A stretch of DNA of 63,945 bases, filler included, from Lenisia limosa (taxonomy: Eukaryota; Protista; Breviatea), in NCBI GenBank assembly GCA_001655205.1. It is 15 parts of 15 records of this genome, joined end to end, with 100 filler letters (N's around TTAATTAATTAA, not from the genome) between each part and the next. Parts side by side here need not be neighbours in the genome. Positions count along the whole stretch, not along the records: positions 48,374 to 52,158 come from LPNZ01008600.1; positions 52,259 to 54,616 come from LPNZ01004715.1; positions 54,717 to 58,685 come from LPNZ01009231.1; positions 58,786 to 62,775 come from LPNZ01011541.1; 11 more parts are not named here. One strand, given 5' to 3'. Both the position numbers and the translations under genes were made by a program. The stretch's first letter is position 1. Every line of letters begins with the position of its first letter. The notes beneath the pieces are model-generated. The model had not been told where the DNA came from, did no database searches, and saw nothing but the letters and a program-made list of their open reading frames with translations. Shown here one piece after another: positions 48,831 through 60,830 of the stretch.

Positions 48831-51800
48831 TCAGTTCTAAAGTATAAGAAACAGTATGTTGTGTTTACCATATTTAAGCAGTTGGAACAGCCACATTCGG
48901 TACCACATTTTAAACCAGCTTTTTTGCAAGGGCAATGTAATGAGCGGCACCCGTTAAAACATCGTTTACAATGCACGCCTAATGGATAAAGTATTATACA
49001 GGCGTAACAAACCGTTCAAATTGGAATTATCAATTGCAATATCTAAACAGTAAACATAAGCGTAAATAACATACCAATATGGTCAGCACTATACTCTTCA
49101 ACTTCCTCAATTTCACTTTCTAGATATGTCAGTAATGTACGAGAAATTGCTTACCATAATCTTCCTCAACATATTCTTCAACGTATTCTTCTCCATATTC
49201 TTCTCCTTCTTCGTCAATGGTTTCTTGATTGTTGCAGTTTTCTCCACATGAGCAGAATTCCGAACAATATTCTCCGTATCGATGGCACTTGCAGAATCTA
49301 CCGCTACAGGTACCCTGGCATCGACAGTTCACTCTGAGATATTGCTCCCTCGATAACAAACATCTTTCCATTAAGTCTAAAACTTCATCTACTGGCTTCA
49401 AATTTATGTCCTGACTTGGTAGTTCTACAATATTTTGCCTACCAAATTCCAGTACTGGGAACTTTGGAATTGTTTCCAGTAATGCAGGCCCATGGCGAAT
49501 GACTGTTGGCGTCTTATTACCTTGAAGTCCATGGGCAGAAGGAATCGTAATGGCTTTAACATTAGCCATTATATATCCGGTCATAAGGACGCTCTCATAC
49601 TCCACCTTCCTGTTTCGGTACACACATGATAATGCCACAATTGTAGCAGTCATTTCTTGAATGGCATGACGTCTGCCGTCAGAATACTTCTCCGCGATCT
49701 CTTCAAATCCTTCACGTAATTCTTCAATGTCCACTACACTATTTGCGATCTTCTTCTTCTTAAGGTTTTCCAGATGTTTTACTACGGGTGCAACTACTGA
49801 TTTTGCAACCGCCCAATTACCTCTTCCTTCTCTGAGGGCTACAACTCGACTAACTATTTGGGAAACTCTGCTTGACTTATGGGTTGGTACACCCATTAAC
49901 TTGTTATTCTCTGAGAAAAACATATCTTCCATTCCTTGAACAACAACCACAGGCAGTCCGTTAACACCAGCTTTGACTGTTTTTACCGAAGGAAATGAAG
50001 AATTCTTCATTCTTTTCAGCGGCCCGCAAATTGAATCTACTAATGAGCAACGAACTTCTTCCCTGTTGTTAAATTGGAGGACCTGATTAAAAAGCCATCG
50101 ACAGAGCTCGGCAGATGATTGTTCTTCTTGACTTATGTCCTTCTTTTTGATACTTTGTGCGACTGCCAAGCCCATGCCCATTAATAATGACTTTGCAGAC
50201 ATCTTGAAGGATGAAGCAATATCTTCTCTAGGGACCACATGTATGTGGCGAAGCACTTCATGAAAGATATTGTCCATAATGTCGTACCCTTCCTCCAATG
50301 AAACTCCTTTGATTTCTATTCTTAAAGGCATCTCAAAGTTTGGGTCGTTAAGGGATTTTTCTACGGCATCAGTAACCCACTCTCCTAATATGAGCTCACT
50401 TAAATCTGAGACATTTTCTGTAAGATCAGTCTTTAGAGCAATCGTGTCACCAGAATGTGGATGTTGCGTGATTTCCTTAGTTCGGAAATATAGCTGGACT
50501 TTGATTTTGTCAAATGCGTAGCGTATATTCTTTAAAAATCCCTGCCCTAAGCTAATATCTTCTCTCGTTACTGGGAATCCAAAATCTGGAATGCTATCCA
50601 TTACTATTAAGAAACGCTTGTCAAGTGCTTTAAGCTCCACAGTAAAGTCAATTAGAGGTTTACCGTGAGACAAGTATGGATACCTAGCTCTTAGTCTCTC
50701 CTGATAGGTTTCTATGTCATTCTTCCAATCTCCCAACCTTGTTTTTTGTCCAAACGAAAAGTTTAAAACAACAAAATTTGATCTCCCAGTTTGAATTGTA
50801 AGCAGGTGATCAAACAGGTCGAAAAATGCAGAAACCTCTTCTCCAACAAGTCGTAAGCCATGACGGTGCGTTGCTCCAGACACAGCTTTATTTTTCAAGA
50901 TGTTGGCGTCTCCAAAGTCACTAAAGTAGTTCAGTGCCAAAGGTCCTCTTGTTTGTAACTCTCTTATTGCTCCCTTTATTAGTTCTTCTAACTGGTAGAC
51001 TCCCATTCGTCCTTTCACCATCAAAACAATCGGTTCTGACGTACTTGTTACACGGCCAATTACAAATTCTTTGTATGGTCTCTCCGGTATTAATGGGCAA
51101 CTAACTCTTGACGTGGTATTGACATTTGTTCCGGGAACTGCGTAGATATAAACATCTTTCGGGAAGTGGTTTGGCGATAAATACATGGCATCTACTTCCG
51201 CGGTGGCGCTGACAGTTGATGGAGCCGCGTCTTCACTCTCCTTAATATACATTTCCAGGCCCTTCGACAACAACAACTCGTGGTGATTGACAAGCTCTTC
51301 TGTATACGAAACTCGTGCAGGAAATCCAAAATCAACCCTAGATCCTCCTAACTCTTGTTGCCCTTCTCCATTTATTGAAAGAGCATCATCATAACCCTAG
51401 GAGTTTCAGTAAAATAGCACAATGACATACGTTGAAGGCTTGCACCCTTAACCTGGCTTGTTTTATCTGATACAGTGGTGTATTATTCTACAAGCATAAA
51501 TTCTGTAAATGGTGTTTATCCAGTACTTTACCTGTTCATCATCGTCTAAGTCGCTCTCCTCATCCATTTCTACGTATTCTTCTTCTCTAGAACTTTCATT
51601 CTAAACAATAAAAATAAAAACAAAAATTACAATGTCTTCGAAGTAGTATTCATCTTCTGCATCCTACAGTGTTAAAAATTTTGCTTTCAATAACTTAGTT
51701 AGAAAAATGTGATGTTAACGAGAGCTCACCTTAATAACACCTTGATTTGGCGAATCCACCATCATTTCAAATGGTCTTAGCTTTAATAGTAAGATGATAA

Positions 51801-52158
51801 ATGTCCAGCTGGAAACCTACATCGACAAAAACGTTTCCATGCTGATGGGCATTATAATTTGTTTCATGTTCCAGCTATATCAGTAAATTAACATATTCAG
51901 CGAGTTACCTACATCCACAATAACATCAGGCCACGTTTCTTGCCTATGATTCTCTAACTTAACACCAGGTCTTAGCTATAGTTGGTAAAACTAAGATGTC
52001 CAACACTATCCTACATCAACAAAAACATTTGCCATTTTTGAGAGCACCAGTTCTTAGCTAAATGAGTTAGTCTGTAAATGCCTTGCCATCGTGGCACATC
52101 CATTGCTTTGTGTATGTTTTACTTCACTCTTTGAACGTGTAATCTTTTCTTCTGTTGC
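48831..52158 (-). CDS. Large protein of unknown function with two CXC (tesmin/CRC-like) domains and a putative catalytic core (5'-partial; main exon 51396-49155)
   Basis: The 715-aa ORF extends in frame to an acceptor at 51396 and splices through 35/32/34/32-nt introns to a second CXC and a stop at 48831. Upstream exons connect through 30-66-nt phase-0 introns. CXC1 CRCQGTCSGRFCKCHRYGEYCSEFCSCGENCNN; CXC2 CKRCFNGCRSLHCPCKKAGLKCGTECGCSNCLN. Confidence 0.8.
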
Positions 52159-52258
52159 NNNNNNNNNNNNNNNNNNNNNNNNNNNNNNNNNNNNNNNNNN
52201 NNTTAATTAATTAANNNNNNNNNNNNNNNNNNNNNNNNNNNNNNNNNNNNNNNNNNNN

Positions 52259-54500
52259 GCCGGGATATTGACGAGGCCTTTGAGGCGCAGCAGAAGGGTG
52301 GCCCGGATCCGAGCGAGAACCGACCGATGGAGATCGAGGCTCTGCAGGCACAGGTCGGTACTGAATTACTGTAAACGTAATAGGATAAATTCCTCTAAAC
52401 ATATCATATCATATTATATCATATAAGGACAAATTCCTCTTAATATACATTTTAGGATTACTAAGGATTACTCTAAACATATAAGGATTACTCTAAACAT
52501 AAAAGGACTACTCTAAACATATAAGGACTACTCTAAACATAAAAGGACTACTCAAAACGTACAAGGACTACTCTAAACATAGGTGGATTTAGGATTCCAT
52601 GCATTTAACTTTTTTGGTGTTTTGTTTTTTTCAATGTAGTTTGCAAATGTTTAGACAACAGAGTTTATTTTGTGTTTTGTTTTGTTTCCCCAGGGTTTTT
52701 TTTTTTGGTTATTTTGGATTTTTAGATTATTCGGTTCGTGATTAGGANNNNNNNNNNNNNNNNNNNNNNNNNNNNNNNNNNNNNNNNNNNNNNNNNNNNN
52801 NNNNNNNNNNNNNNNNNNNNNNNNNNNNNNNNNNNNNNNNNNNNNNNNNNNNNNNNNNNNNNNNNNNNNNNNNNNNNNNNNNNNNNNNNNNNNNNNNNNN
52901 NNNNNNNNNNNNNNNNNNNNNNNNNNNNNNNNNNNNNNNNNNNNNNNNNNNNNNNNNNNNNNNNNNNNNNNNNNNNNNNNNNNNNNNNNNNNNNNNNNNN
53001 NNNNNNNNNNNNNNNNNNNNNNNNNNCAAAACAAGAAGAAACCAAGACCGTGGAGGCTCCACCACGGGTCCGTTTCGCTGAGGAGGTCAGGATGGATCGC
53101 TAATCGGGTAAAATTATTATTATAAGGGGTAATAATTAATATTAGTGGTAATAATTCGCTCAATTTTAGATAACGAGCAGGAGGGAAAGGAAGAAAGAAG
53201 AAAGAGCTTGGAGTAGGGTTTCACTTCGGTTCGAAAAATGTCTGGATTTATAAATCCTCGAAAACTATCGATATCTTAGAGGTGTTGTTTTGAGTGGTTA
53301 GGGCTTCCCTGCGGTTTGAAAAAGACTGGTAAAATGTCGATATTTATCGATTTATATCGAGTAGTCATTTTGAGTACCTAAAGGGTGGTACATCTAGGAT
53401 TCACTTTATTTTAAAATATCGATAGTTTTCGAGCATCTATCGATAAATTCATTTTATTTTCGAACCGTAGGGGATCCCTAGTGGTACACCTTATTGTGTG
53501 GGTAGCTTTGGCCAGATAATGTACCCCACCCCCCACCCCCTGCCCTTTTCAAATCATTTACCAACAGAGTTGTTTTTTTTAAAAAAAATAAACTGCTTTT
53601 TTTTACACCGCAGGACTCAGCCCCCCCACGCACCACTATTCTGGGAGAAGGCGAAGATGTCTTCCGAGACCCCTTTGAGGAGCTTGACCCATGGGCTGCG
53701 GGGCCTAAGACCAAAAGACTGCTTCCGGGCAAGACCAGTCAGAAAGCAACTTATCTGGCTCAGTAGGGGGGGGGGGTAGCTAAAATTATAAAAAAAGAAA
53801 GAAAAAAACCCCAGAATCCGAATCAACTGTGGGGGTGTATCCAGAATAACAGTGGTCACAACTTACGACTACACCTTATGCATATACAATATATATTGCC
53901 TGATTTGACATTCCAGAAACCTGCCCACACCTCGAGTGATCACCCGTCGCCAGCCCCAATCTGGTGAGGATGGGTTATGTATATATAGTATATTTAGTAT
54001 AATATTTGGATATGTACAGTGACTAGGATAATAATCTTTACCGATTTACTCTATGATTTCCCAAGGAATATCGGTCAAGGCTTACCCCGGTCACTGTAGA
54101 GTAGTAGCTTATCCCGGTCTCTGTATATCATGTAGCAGGATAGCTACGCATCCAAAAAAAAAAGGACTGAATTTCTCGGAAAATCCTCGAACAATATCGA
54201 TATTTGTAGGCACGCAGAAAGCTGTGTGTACAGAGTTGTAATATTATACTATAATCCAATATCTCTTATAAGCGTGATGATATGGACGGCTTCGGTCAGA
54301 TACAACCTTTTTTTTTTTATTTCTCATTGCCACTTTTCAGACCACCTTATCAGCCCGATACTCAGCATTGGTCCTCGCTTTTTTCATTCCTGACATTTTT
54401 AGTGTATCTTCGCAGACTCTCAAAACCCTCGGAATACCAGTACATGGACAAGCACATCAAGTCCCTCCTAGGTTTCGTCAAGACCAACAGAAAGCTCATG
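52259..54500 (+). CDS. Possible condensin II kleisin CAP-H2-like protein (middle region, partial)
   Basis: Exon with FRDPFEELDPWAAGPKTKRLLPGKT resembles the CAP-H2 DPW..LDP...K...KG motif. The other exons are low complexity. Confidence 0.45.
52463..52582. repeat. 20-bp minisatellite x6 (intronic)
   Basis: AAGGA[T/C]TACTCTAAACATA[T/A], with degenerate copies upstream at about 52382-52450. Confidence 0.95.
54243..54332 (+). repeat. Repeat family 4 (dispersed, about 90 bp). Other copies at about 2690, 3466, 12650, 14660, 15905, 45505, 57120, 57385, 62670
   Basis: TATAATCCAATATCTCTTATAAGCGTGATG.T.TGGACGGCTTCGG.CAGATAC.ACC...ATTTCTCATTGC, found in both orientations relative to genes. Confidence 0.75.
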
Positions 54501-54816
54501 GTGAGGGTAAAAACAGGGGTCTGGGAAAACATAAAAGATGAATCCGTATTTTGACTTCGGTCCGAATAAGGTACATATGATATATAACGCGGATATTTAC
54601 CTAAGCTATTGAGAATNNNNNNNNNNNNNNNNNNNNNNNNNNNNNNNNNNNNNNNNNNNNTTAATTAATTAANNNNNNNNNNNNNNNNNNNNNNNNNNNN
54701 NNNNNNNNNNNNNNNNCCCATACACAAAACACAAAATAAGACGTTATCAACACACTCCTCCCAAAATATTAAGATTATATGCAAATAATAAATAATAATC
54801 TATAATACCCCCCCAC

Positions 54817-56993
54817 CAATTGCATTTCTCAGGATGGTGATGGGCTGCATAGGAGTCTCAAATGGCTCGTTTTGGGCCTTGATTGACACAATTCCCCACT
54901 CCGCTTCTATACGGTATAAACATAATTGTCAATATATCAGATGTTGAGATGACAAATACAACATTTATCGCCGACGACGCATTAATAGGAAAGATGTCAC
55001 CAAATACGTACTAAGATGGAACTGATCAAATCGCCTCTATAACACTAAAATGAAAGAGCGACCAAATTCATCGCTTTTAAAAGTAATATGAAAGATGTAC
55101 CTCCATATTCATTTGCCTCTGTAAGGTAATTCGATTTGATAAGTGATGCGACTAAAAAAACAATACAATACAAAATACACCAATATTTAAATAACCTATG
55201 CTTCCCTACGGTCCCAAAAAAGACCGAATCTCCCCATAAATCCTCTTAAAATATCGATATTTAAACAGTCTTTTTCGGACCGTAGGGAAGCCCTAGATTT
55301 CCCACAACTAAAAAAACACACACGTTACCCTACCCCNNNNNNNNNNNNNNNNNNNNNNNNNNNNNNNNNNNNNNNNNNNNNNNNNNNNNNNNNNNNNNNN
55401 NNNNNNNNNNNNNNNNNNNNNNNNNNNNNNNNNNNNNNNNNNNNNNNNNNNNNNNNNNNNNNNNNNNNCTTTGATTTTCCTTTACAACCTGGTCGTAGGA
55501 GTAGAGGATAACGTCCAGATACTTTGCAACGGGAATGTCAATCTACAAGGCGTGAGAAAATATAGTTTAGTCATATTATCTAAATCACCAATTAAACGCA
55601 ACACTAAAGCGCCCGCACCCCATTACATCCCTGCAAAATATTAACCATCTCATCAAAAGTCAATTCTTCCATTGAAAATCCCAGCAAACGTCCTTGGCAT
55701 CAAGCCATCTGCAAAGTACTGGAAGTTCTTTCTCGGTGCGCGCCAAATAGCCCGACCTACAACGAGTAAACTTGTTGTAATAGTGGAACAAAATATATCG
55801 AATAAGTGTTTTGCATATTAGAGATGAGAAATAAAAAAAGGTTGTTTCTTCTATAGATTAACATTAGATAAAATCTCAATGATAACAATAAGTCAATTAT
55901 TAATGAATATTAGAATTATCTGAATTAAACAGGCAATATCAAAACAGGAAAAAGAGAAATAGAGACACAAATCGAAAATAGAATATATTAATCCGTTGAA
56001 AGTTGAGAACAAAAAGGATAATACGATCAAAAAATAAACAGATAAATAAAAATAAGCCCAAAAATCGACACAAAAATTCCACAAAATCGAGAGAAAGATA
56101 AAATTTCTATAAAAACGAGTCCCTACCTCAGAAGATGCCTGTTGTCGTCTGTTATCTCAACAGCCCCGACTTTGGCATCGGTGAAGTTCGGCAGAATAAT
56201 GTGCTTACAGAAGGGGGCATATCTGGGGGGTGGGGATAAAATAAAGTTGAGAAACACACGAGGGTTATGATTGTGGTTAACTCCATAGTGAATATGGAAT
56301 AGTGAGTATATTGAGTAATCTATCATACCCAAAATTAATTCACCCCACATATCCATAATCACCGATCCTACTTCACAATATGGAATAGTTAATATTTTCA
56401 CCCATCATACCCATCATGAAGCATTTTCTCGTTCTCGTAGTGAGCTGTAACCTGGGATCATTAAAGCTGGATATATTTCTGGAAAATTGCCAATGGTATC
56501 CGAACACAAACGAAATATTTAATAACCAAACTGATGTTCTCTAATTTCAATATTTACTAGACCTTCACTTTCGGATCCAAAAGACCGGACAAAATATCGA
56601 TATTTATAGAGAATTCATCGAGGATTCAGTCTTTTTTGGAACAAAAAGTGAAGTTTTGACATTAACTTGACTACACAGAATCAAAATGACGCAAGTCACG
56701 TTCGGTTATGGTTTTTTTTACTTAACCGAGCCAGGTTTTGAAAAGATAACCTGGGGTTGTGATCAGTAACATTATCTTAACCGAGCCCCAAATCCAAAAT
56801 TTTAGATAAATACCAAATTCAAGAAATAGCATTCCCTCCTTGAGGTTTCCTTTTGGTCTAGCAACCTCCAAATATAAAACCCTAATTTCTCGCTTCCACC
56901 CCCATATGTATGATCTCCTTACCCCCCCTTACTTTCGCCACGAATTCCTCAGGTTTGATAGTGAAACGAGTACCGGTGTGGTCGGCCTCCCAT
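54817..56993 (-). CDS. DUF3228-family protein (partial)
   Basis: LHDGYAPFCKHIILPNFTDAK...SGYLARTEKELPVLCRW...VAKYLDVILYSYDQ...AEWGIVSIKAQNEPFETPMQPITILRNAIG. Confidence 0.88.
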
Positions 56994-57762
56994 CTAGGAA
57001 TATAATTACAGATGAGAAAAACAAGGTTGTATCTAAATCTAAGAAAATGATTAGGGCTGAGAAACAAACAAGTTTGCTTATTAGATATAAAAATTGACAA
57101 AAAATTTGTATCTGGCCGAGGCCGTCCAACAATTAATTATTTGACAACACAGTTTAAGGATGGAAGCAGTGGAAGGAATGGGCGAAGTTCCGTTACTGAC
57201 AAGAAAACATTGGGGAAATTAGTTGACAAAATTAGAAATACTTGAAATGGCGTTTTTGTTACAAGATGTACCACACTTTTGACAATAATAAACCTATAGA
57301 TTGTAGCTGTTTATCGTAGGGGTGAGGAAATATTGCATCACTATTGGTTCCAATACTGGCCTGGGCTCAAGATAATTCCGGTATTATAATAATCCAATAT
57401 ATCTTATAAGCGTGATGGTGTTGAGGACTTTGGCCATCACTATATCATATATGAATACGAATTGCAATATCCAATTAATTCCCCCCTCCACCACCCACTG
57501 GCGAAGTGCAAAGGGGTCGATAGCAAGGAAATCTGAATGTTAAGACGAAAAACTCGACTAAGTGCCTTGATTATATTTACCTTCGGCAAACCTGTCATGT
57601 TGGTTCCGAGTAAAGAAAAGAAGGGGACACTGGAGAAATTGACTTATAAGCGATCTGCGGTTGCCGAACTTTCCTTTATTCCCCAAAAAGGGCGAGGGGC
57701 GTTCCTCTTGTTGTATCATCGTCTCTTAATTTCTGTATTAGTTATTTTGATAGGGAAACAAG

Positions 57763-58575
57763 ATGACGTCAAAGCTCTTTAGCGTCAGCAACCTTGCTGA
57801 CAGGGTAAGCTGGGGCTTTTCTGTGCTGTTAATATCAAAAATAGGCCCACTCACTTCATTTCACTGCAATTATTTGTTTTTTCATCCCCTCTCTGTATCA
57901 GAGTCCTTCCTTGTTATATTATGCTTTCACCTATGATACCATATTATCCAAACAGGCTTATTAAAGAGGTTACAGATATTGAAAGCATCTCCCATACTTC
58001 TTTTTGTCCCATTCGAGATCATCTCTGTCTCATCACCTTAATTTGATAGGAAGAGTTAATTTTCTTCTCAGAGATGATAGATATCATTTATACATATATA
58101 GATATTTATAGCTATTTTTTAACCCTTTCACCGCATAGATGCAAGACCTTGATAGGGATCATCGTTTCATGGCGTGTAATGACCTAATCACTCTGCTTGA
58201 AAATGAGGTATGTGAATAAATAAATGTCTGTGCTTTTCTTTTTTTTTTGCAGTAAAGTCTCTATTGAAACTAGGATCAGAGAGATAAAGTCTCTATTGAA
58301 AGTGGGCGTCTTTGTTTTTTTGTTTTTTTTTAGCTTCTCTGCTTTGAAATAACGTATATGCGAATAGTATGTTATCTATTAGGACTCAGTATAATTTATT
58401 GAAAAATAATGGCACGGAATTCTAATATAGTTGCTCTCTATTTTATTAATCTGATCCCCCACCCCCCGCACCCTTCCCTACTCTCGTTTTTGTTTTTCAC
58501 CCTCCGCTCCCCCTAGCCTAATCTTCGTTTGGATGCTGACTTAGAGGGTCGTCTCGTCAGTAGAATTCTGCTTTT
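57763..58575 (+). CDS. CAND1: Cullin-associated NEDD8-dissociated protein 1, N-terminus
   Basis: MTSKLFSVSNLADR-MQDLDRDHRFMACNDLITLLENE-PNLRLDADLEGRLVSRILLL matches the CAND1 start (...MTSSDKDFRFMATNDL...). Confidence 0.88.
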
Positions 58576-59186
58576 GTATGCTTGGGATTATTATTTATAT
58601 AATAGCTTAGAGGTATTTCTTTTATATCTCAACTGTTTTTATAAATTTTCCTTTACAATAATTTTTTCAATTTTACCCCCCCCCCNNNNNNNNNNNNNNN
58701 NNNNNNNNNNNNNNNNNNNNNNNNNNNNNTTAATTAATTAANNNNNNNNNNNNNNNNNNNNNNNNNNNNNNNNNNNNNNNNNNNNCAGTCGCTTCTGCAG
58801 CATAGCATCCCATCACTCCAGCATGTGAGAATTTGACAAATAATTAACGAAAACAAACAATAAAGGGGGAGGTGAGCAAACATGAAATTTATCATAAAAA
58901 TAGTTTTAAATACAGTAGTGTGTTGAACAACCATTTTATTTCAATAACAGATTAACAATATACAAAGAAATACCTGAGATAATGCAAATAAATAAATACG
59001 TGCATAGAAGGCAACTATTTAAAATGTGTTATGAGTTGCTAGATCTTCTTTTTCTAAATTTTGAGCTTTTCTATTACAATCTGCTTTCCTGGCCATATTT
59101 AGAGAGGTAATTCTGATATCGGACTGTGATAAAAGTATGAGGTTAATTGAATACTGATGTGAAATAAAACGTGACACTGCCTCCCA

Positions 59187-60423
59187 ACCCCGCGCCCCTC
59201 AGACTTGAATAAGTGGTCAACGCATCTCCAGTACCGAATTTGAAGACTATAGGATAAGAAAAAACACCATATCGACATCATTAGGTGCGTTTAATGGTGT
59301 GTGAAAAAAAATAAAAATTCACAAGAAAATACACATAGAATACATGAATACATGCTATATCGTATAATCTTAATAAGAAAACAAGGAAAAGAGAAATTTC
59401 CAAATATAAAACAGCGTAAATAGCAACATAATAACCACAAAATATGAAAACAACAATAATACAACGATCACAAAGATGCCTACCGAAGTAGTTGTTGTTG
59501 TTCAGCACCACTTCCTCAACTGAGTAGCCAGGCTCCACGACGGAAGTTGGGAAACCTAGGGAGAGGGGGGAGTAAAATTAGAAAATTTATGAAACAAAAA
59601 AAAACAAATCAACTCTGTTNNNNNNNNNNNNNNNNNNNNNNNNNNNNNNNNNNNNNNNNNNNNNNNNNNNNNNNNNNNNNNNNNNNNNNNNNNNNNNNNN
59701 NNNNNNNNNNNNNNNNNNNNNNNNNNNNNNNNNNNNNNNNATCAAAAGCAACTCTGCCATTTATTATGAAGAAACGAAACAAAAACACAAAGGAGGTGAA
59801 AATGGAATCGCTGGGGGAGGGGGGTTGAAGGAAAGTTGAGGGGGTGGGAAAGGGGAATTGTTTCAAAAATAAACCAAAACCAACTCTGTTGGCTGACCAT
59901 TCAGAGGGTTGCAAAAAAGCCCAGGCGGGTGAAAACCCAGGCTAGTCACTCGAAAAAACAACAGTGAGGTGTGAACTATATTAAGTATATAAAAAATATA
60001 TAATTTCAATATTTTTCGCGATTGTCGTAACTCCGTATCGAACCATTGGACTGTTGCCTTTTCCACGCGATAATATTATAATGTTGGGGGGGGGGGGTGC
60101 CTTGATGAGTGACCTTCATAATTAAAAAAGATGATATTGACTTGGGAAATAAAACAAGATCTATAATATTACAATTCATAGAATTATACGCATTTCAAAT
60201 CACAACAAAAGGCTTAAAAGAGAAAATAAAAAATAACACAAGAAAACAAAGCAACACCATTACATACTGCCCTAACGCGTAGAGCAAGAAGGAGACACGC
60301 AATTCCAGCGCTAGACAATGCTAAGAGCTAACCATTTGGATAGGCAGAAGCAAGGCCGGTGAGGAGAGCTAACAAGAAGGCCACAATAAGAAAAAAGTGG
60401 CGATCAGCAGGGAAGGGCGTCAT
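59187..60423 (-). CDS. Secreted or surface protein, 5' part
   Basis: Signal peptide MTPFPADRHFFLIVAFLLALLTGLASA-YPN, then small exons (GFPTSVVEPGYSVEEVVLNNNNYF). Confidence 0.55.
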
Positions 60424-60830
60424 GCTTCGGCCCCTCCACTAACCGCCAGGGTTGTTTAGCTCACTCTTGCCTAGGGTTTATATTGAAGCCCATGAGCTGG
60501 ATGGCTCACAAACAATCTGAACACAACCTTGACTTTACTTCTGCGTTATTTTTCGTTTTTGTCGCTATTATGTATATTATTGGTAAAGTATTAAATAATA
60601 GATAGAGTTGATTTTCGATTTTGGCATTTTTCGGGTTTTTGTTTACATTATTATGATGGGTTCCCCAGATAAATTTCAGTAAAAACAAATGCTGATGAAC
60701 TCGATCAAGACACAACAAAAGTATGAAAAGATAAATATTTAGAACGAATACATATAAATACTTAGAAAGAAAGTGAATATGTAGAGTATAGCCGGCAGAA
60801 TACTGAAATTTTCTTTGAACTCAGGCAGCA

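Noticed and set aside
51276-51396. TTG start or frameshift at the beginning of the 715-aa ORF
   Set aside because: The frame is open back to the acceptor at 51396 (GYDDALSINGEGQQELGGSRVDFGFP...), so no frameshift is needed.
40241-52582. CRISPR-like arrays (40241-40304, 47043-47120, 52463-52582)
   Set aside because: Tandem units without unique spacers, no cas genes, and eukaryotic intronic context.
4716-58575. Apparent ubiquitin-system cluster (UBR, USP, ZNFX1, CAND1)
   Set aside because: The genes lie on different concatenated contigs. Only RPF2-USP-ZNFX1 are truly linked.
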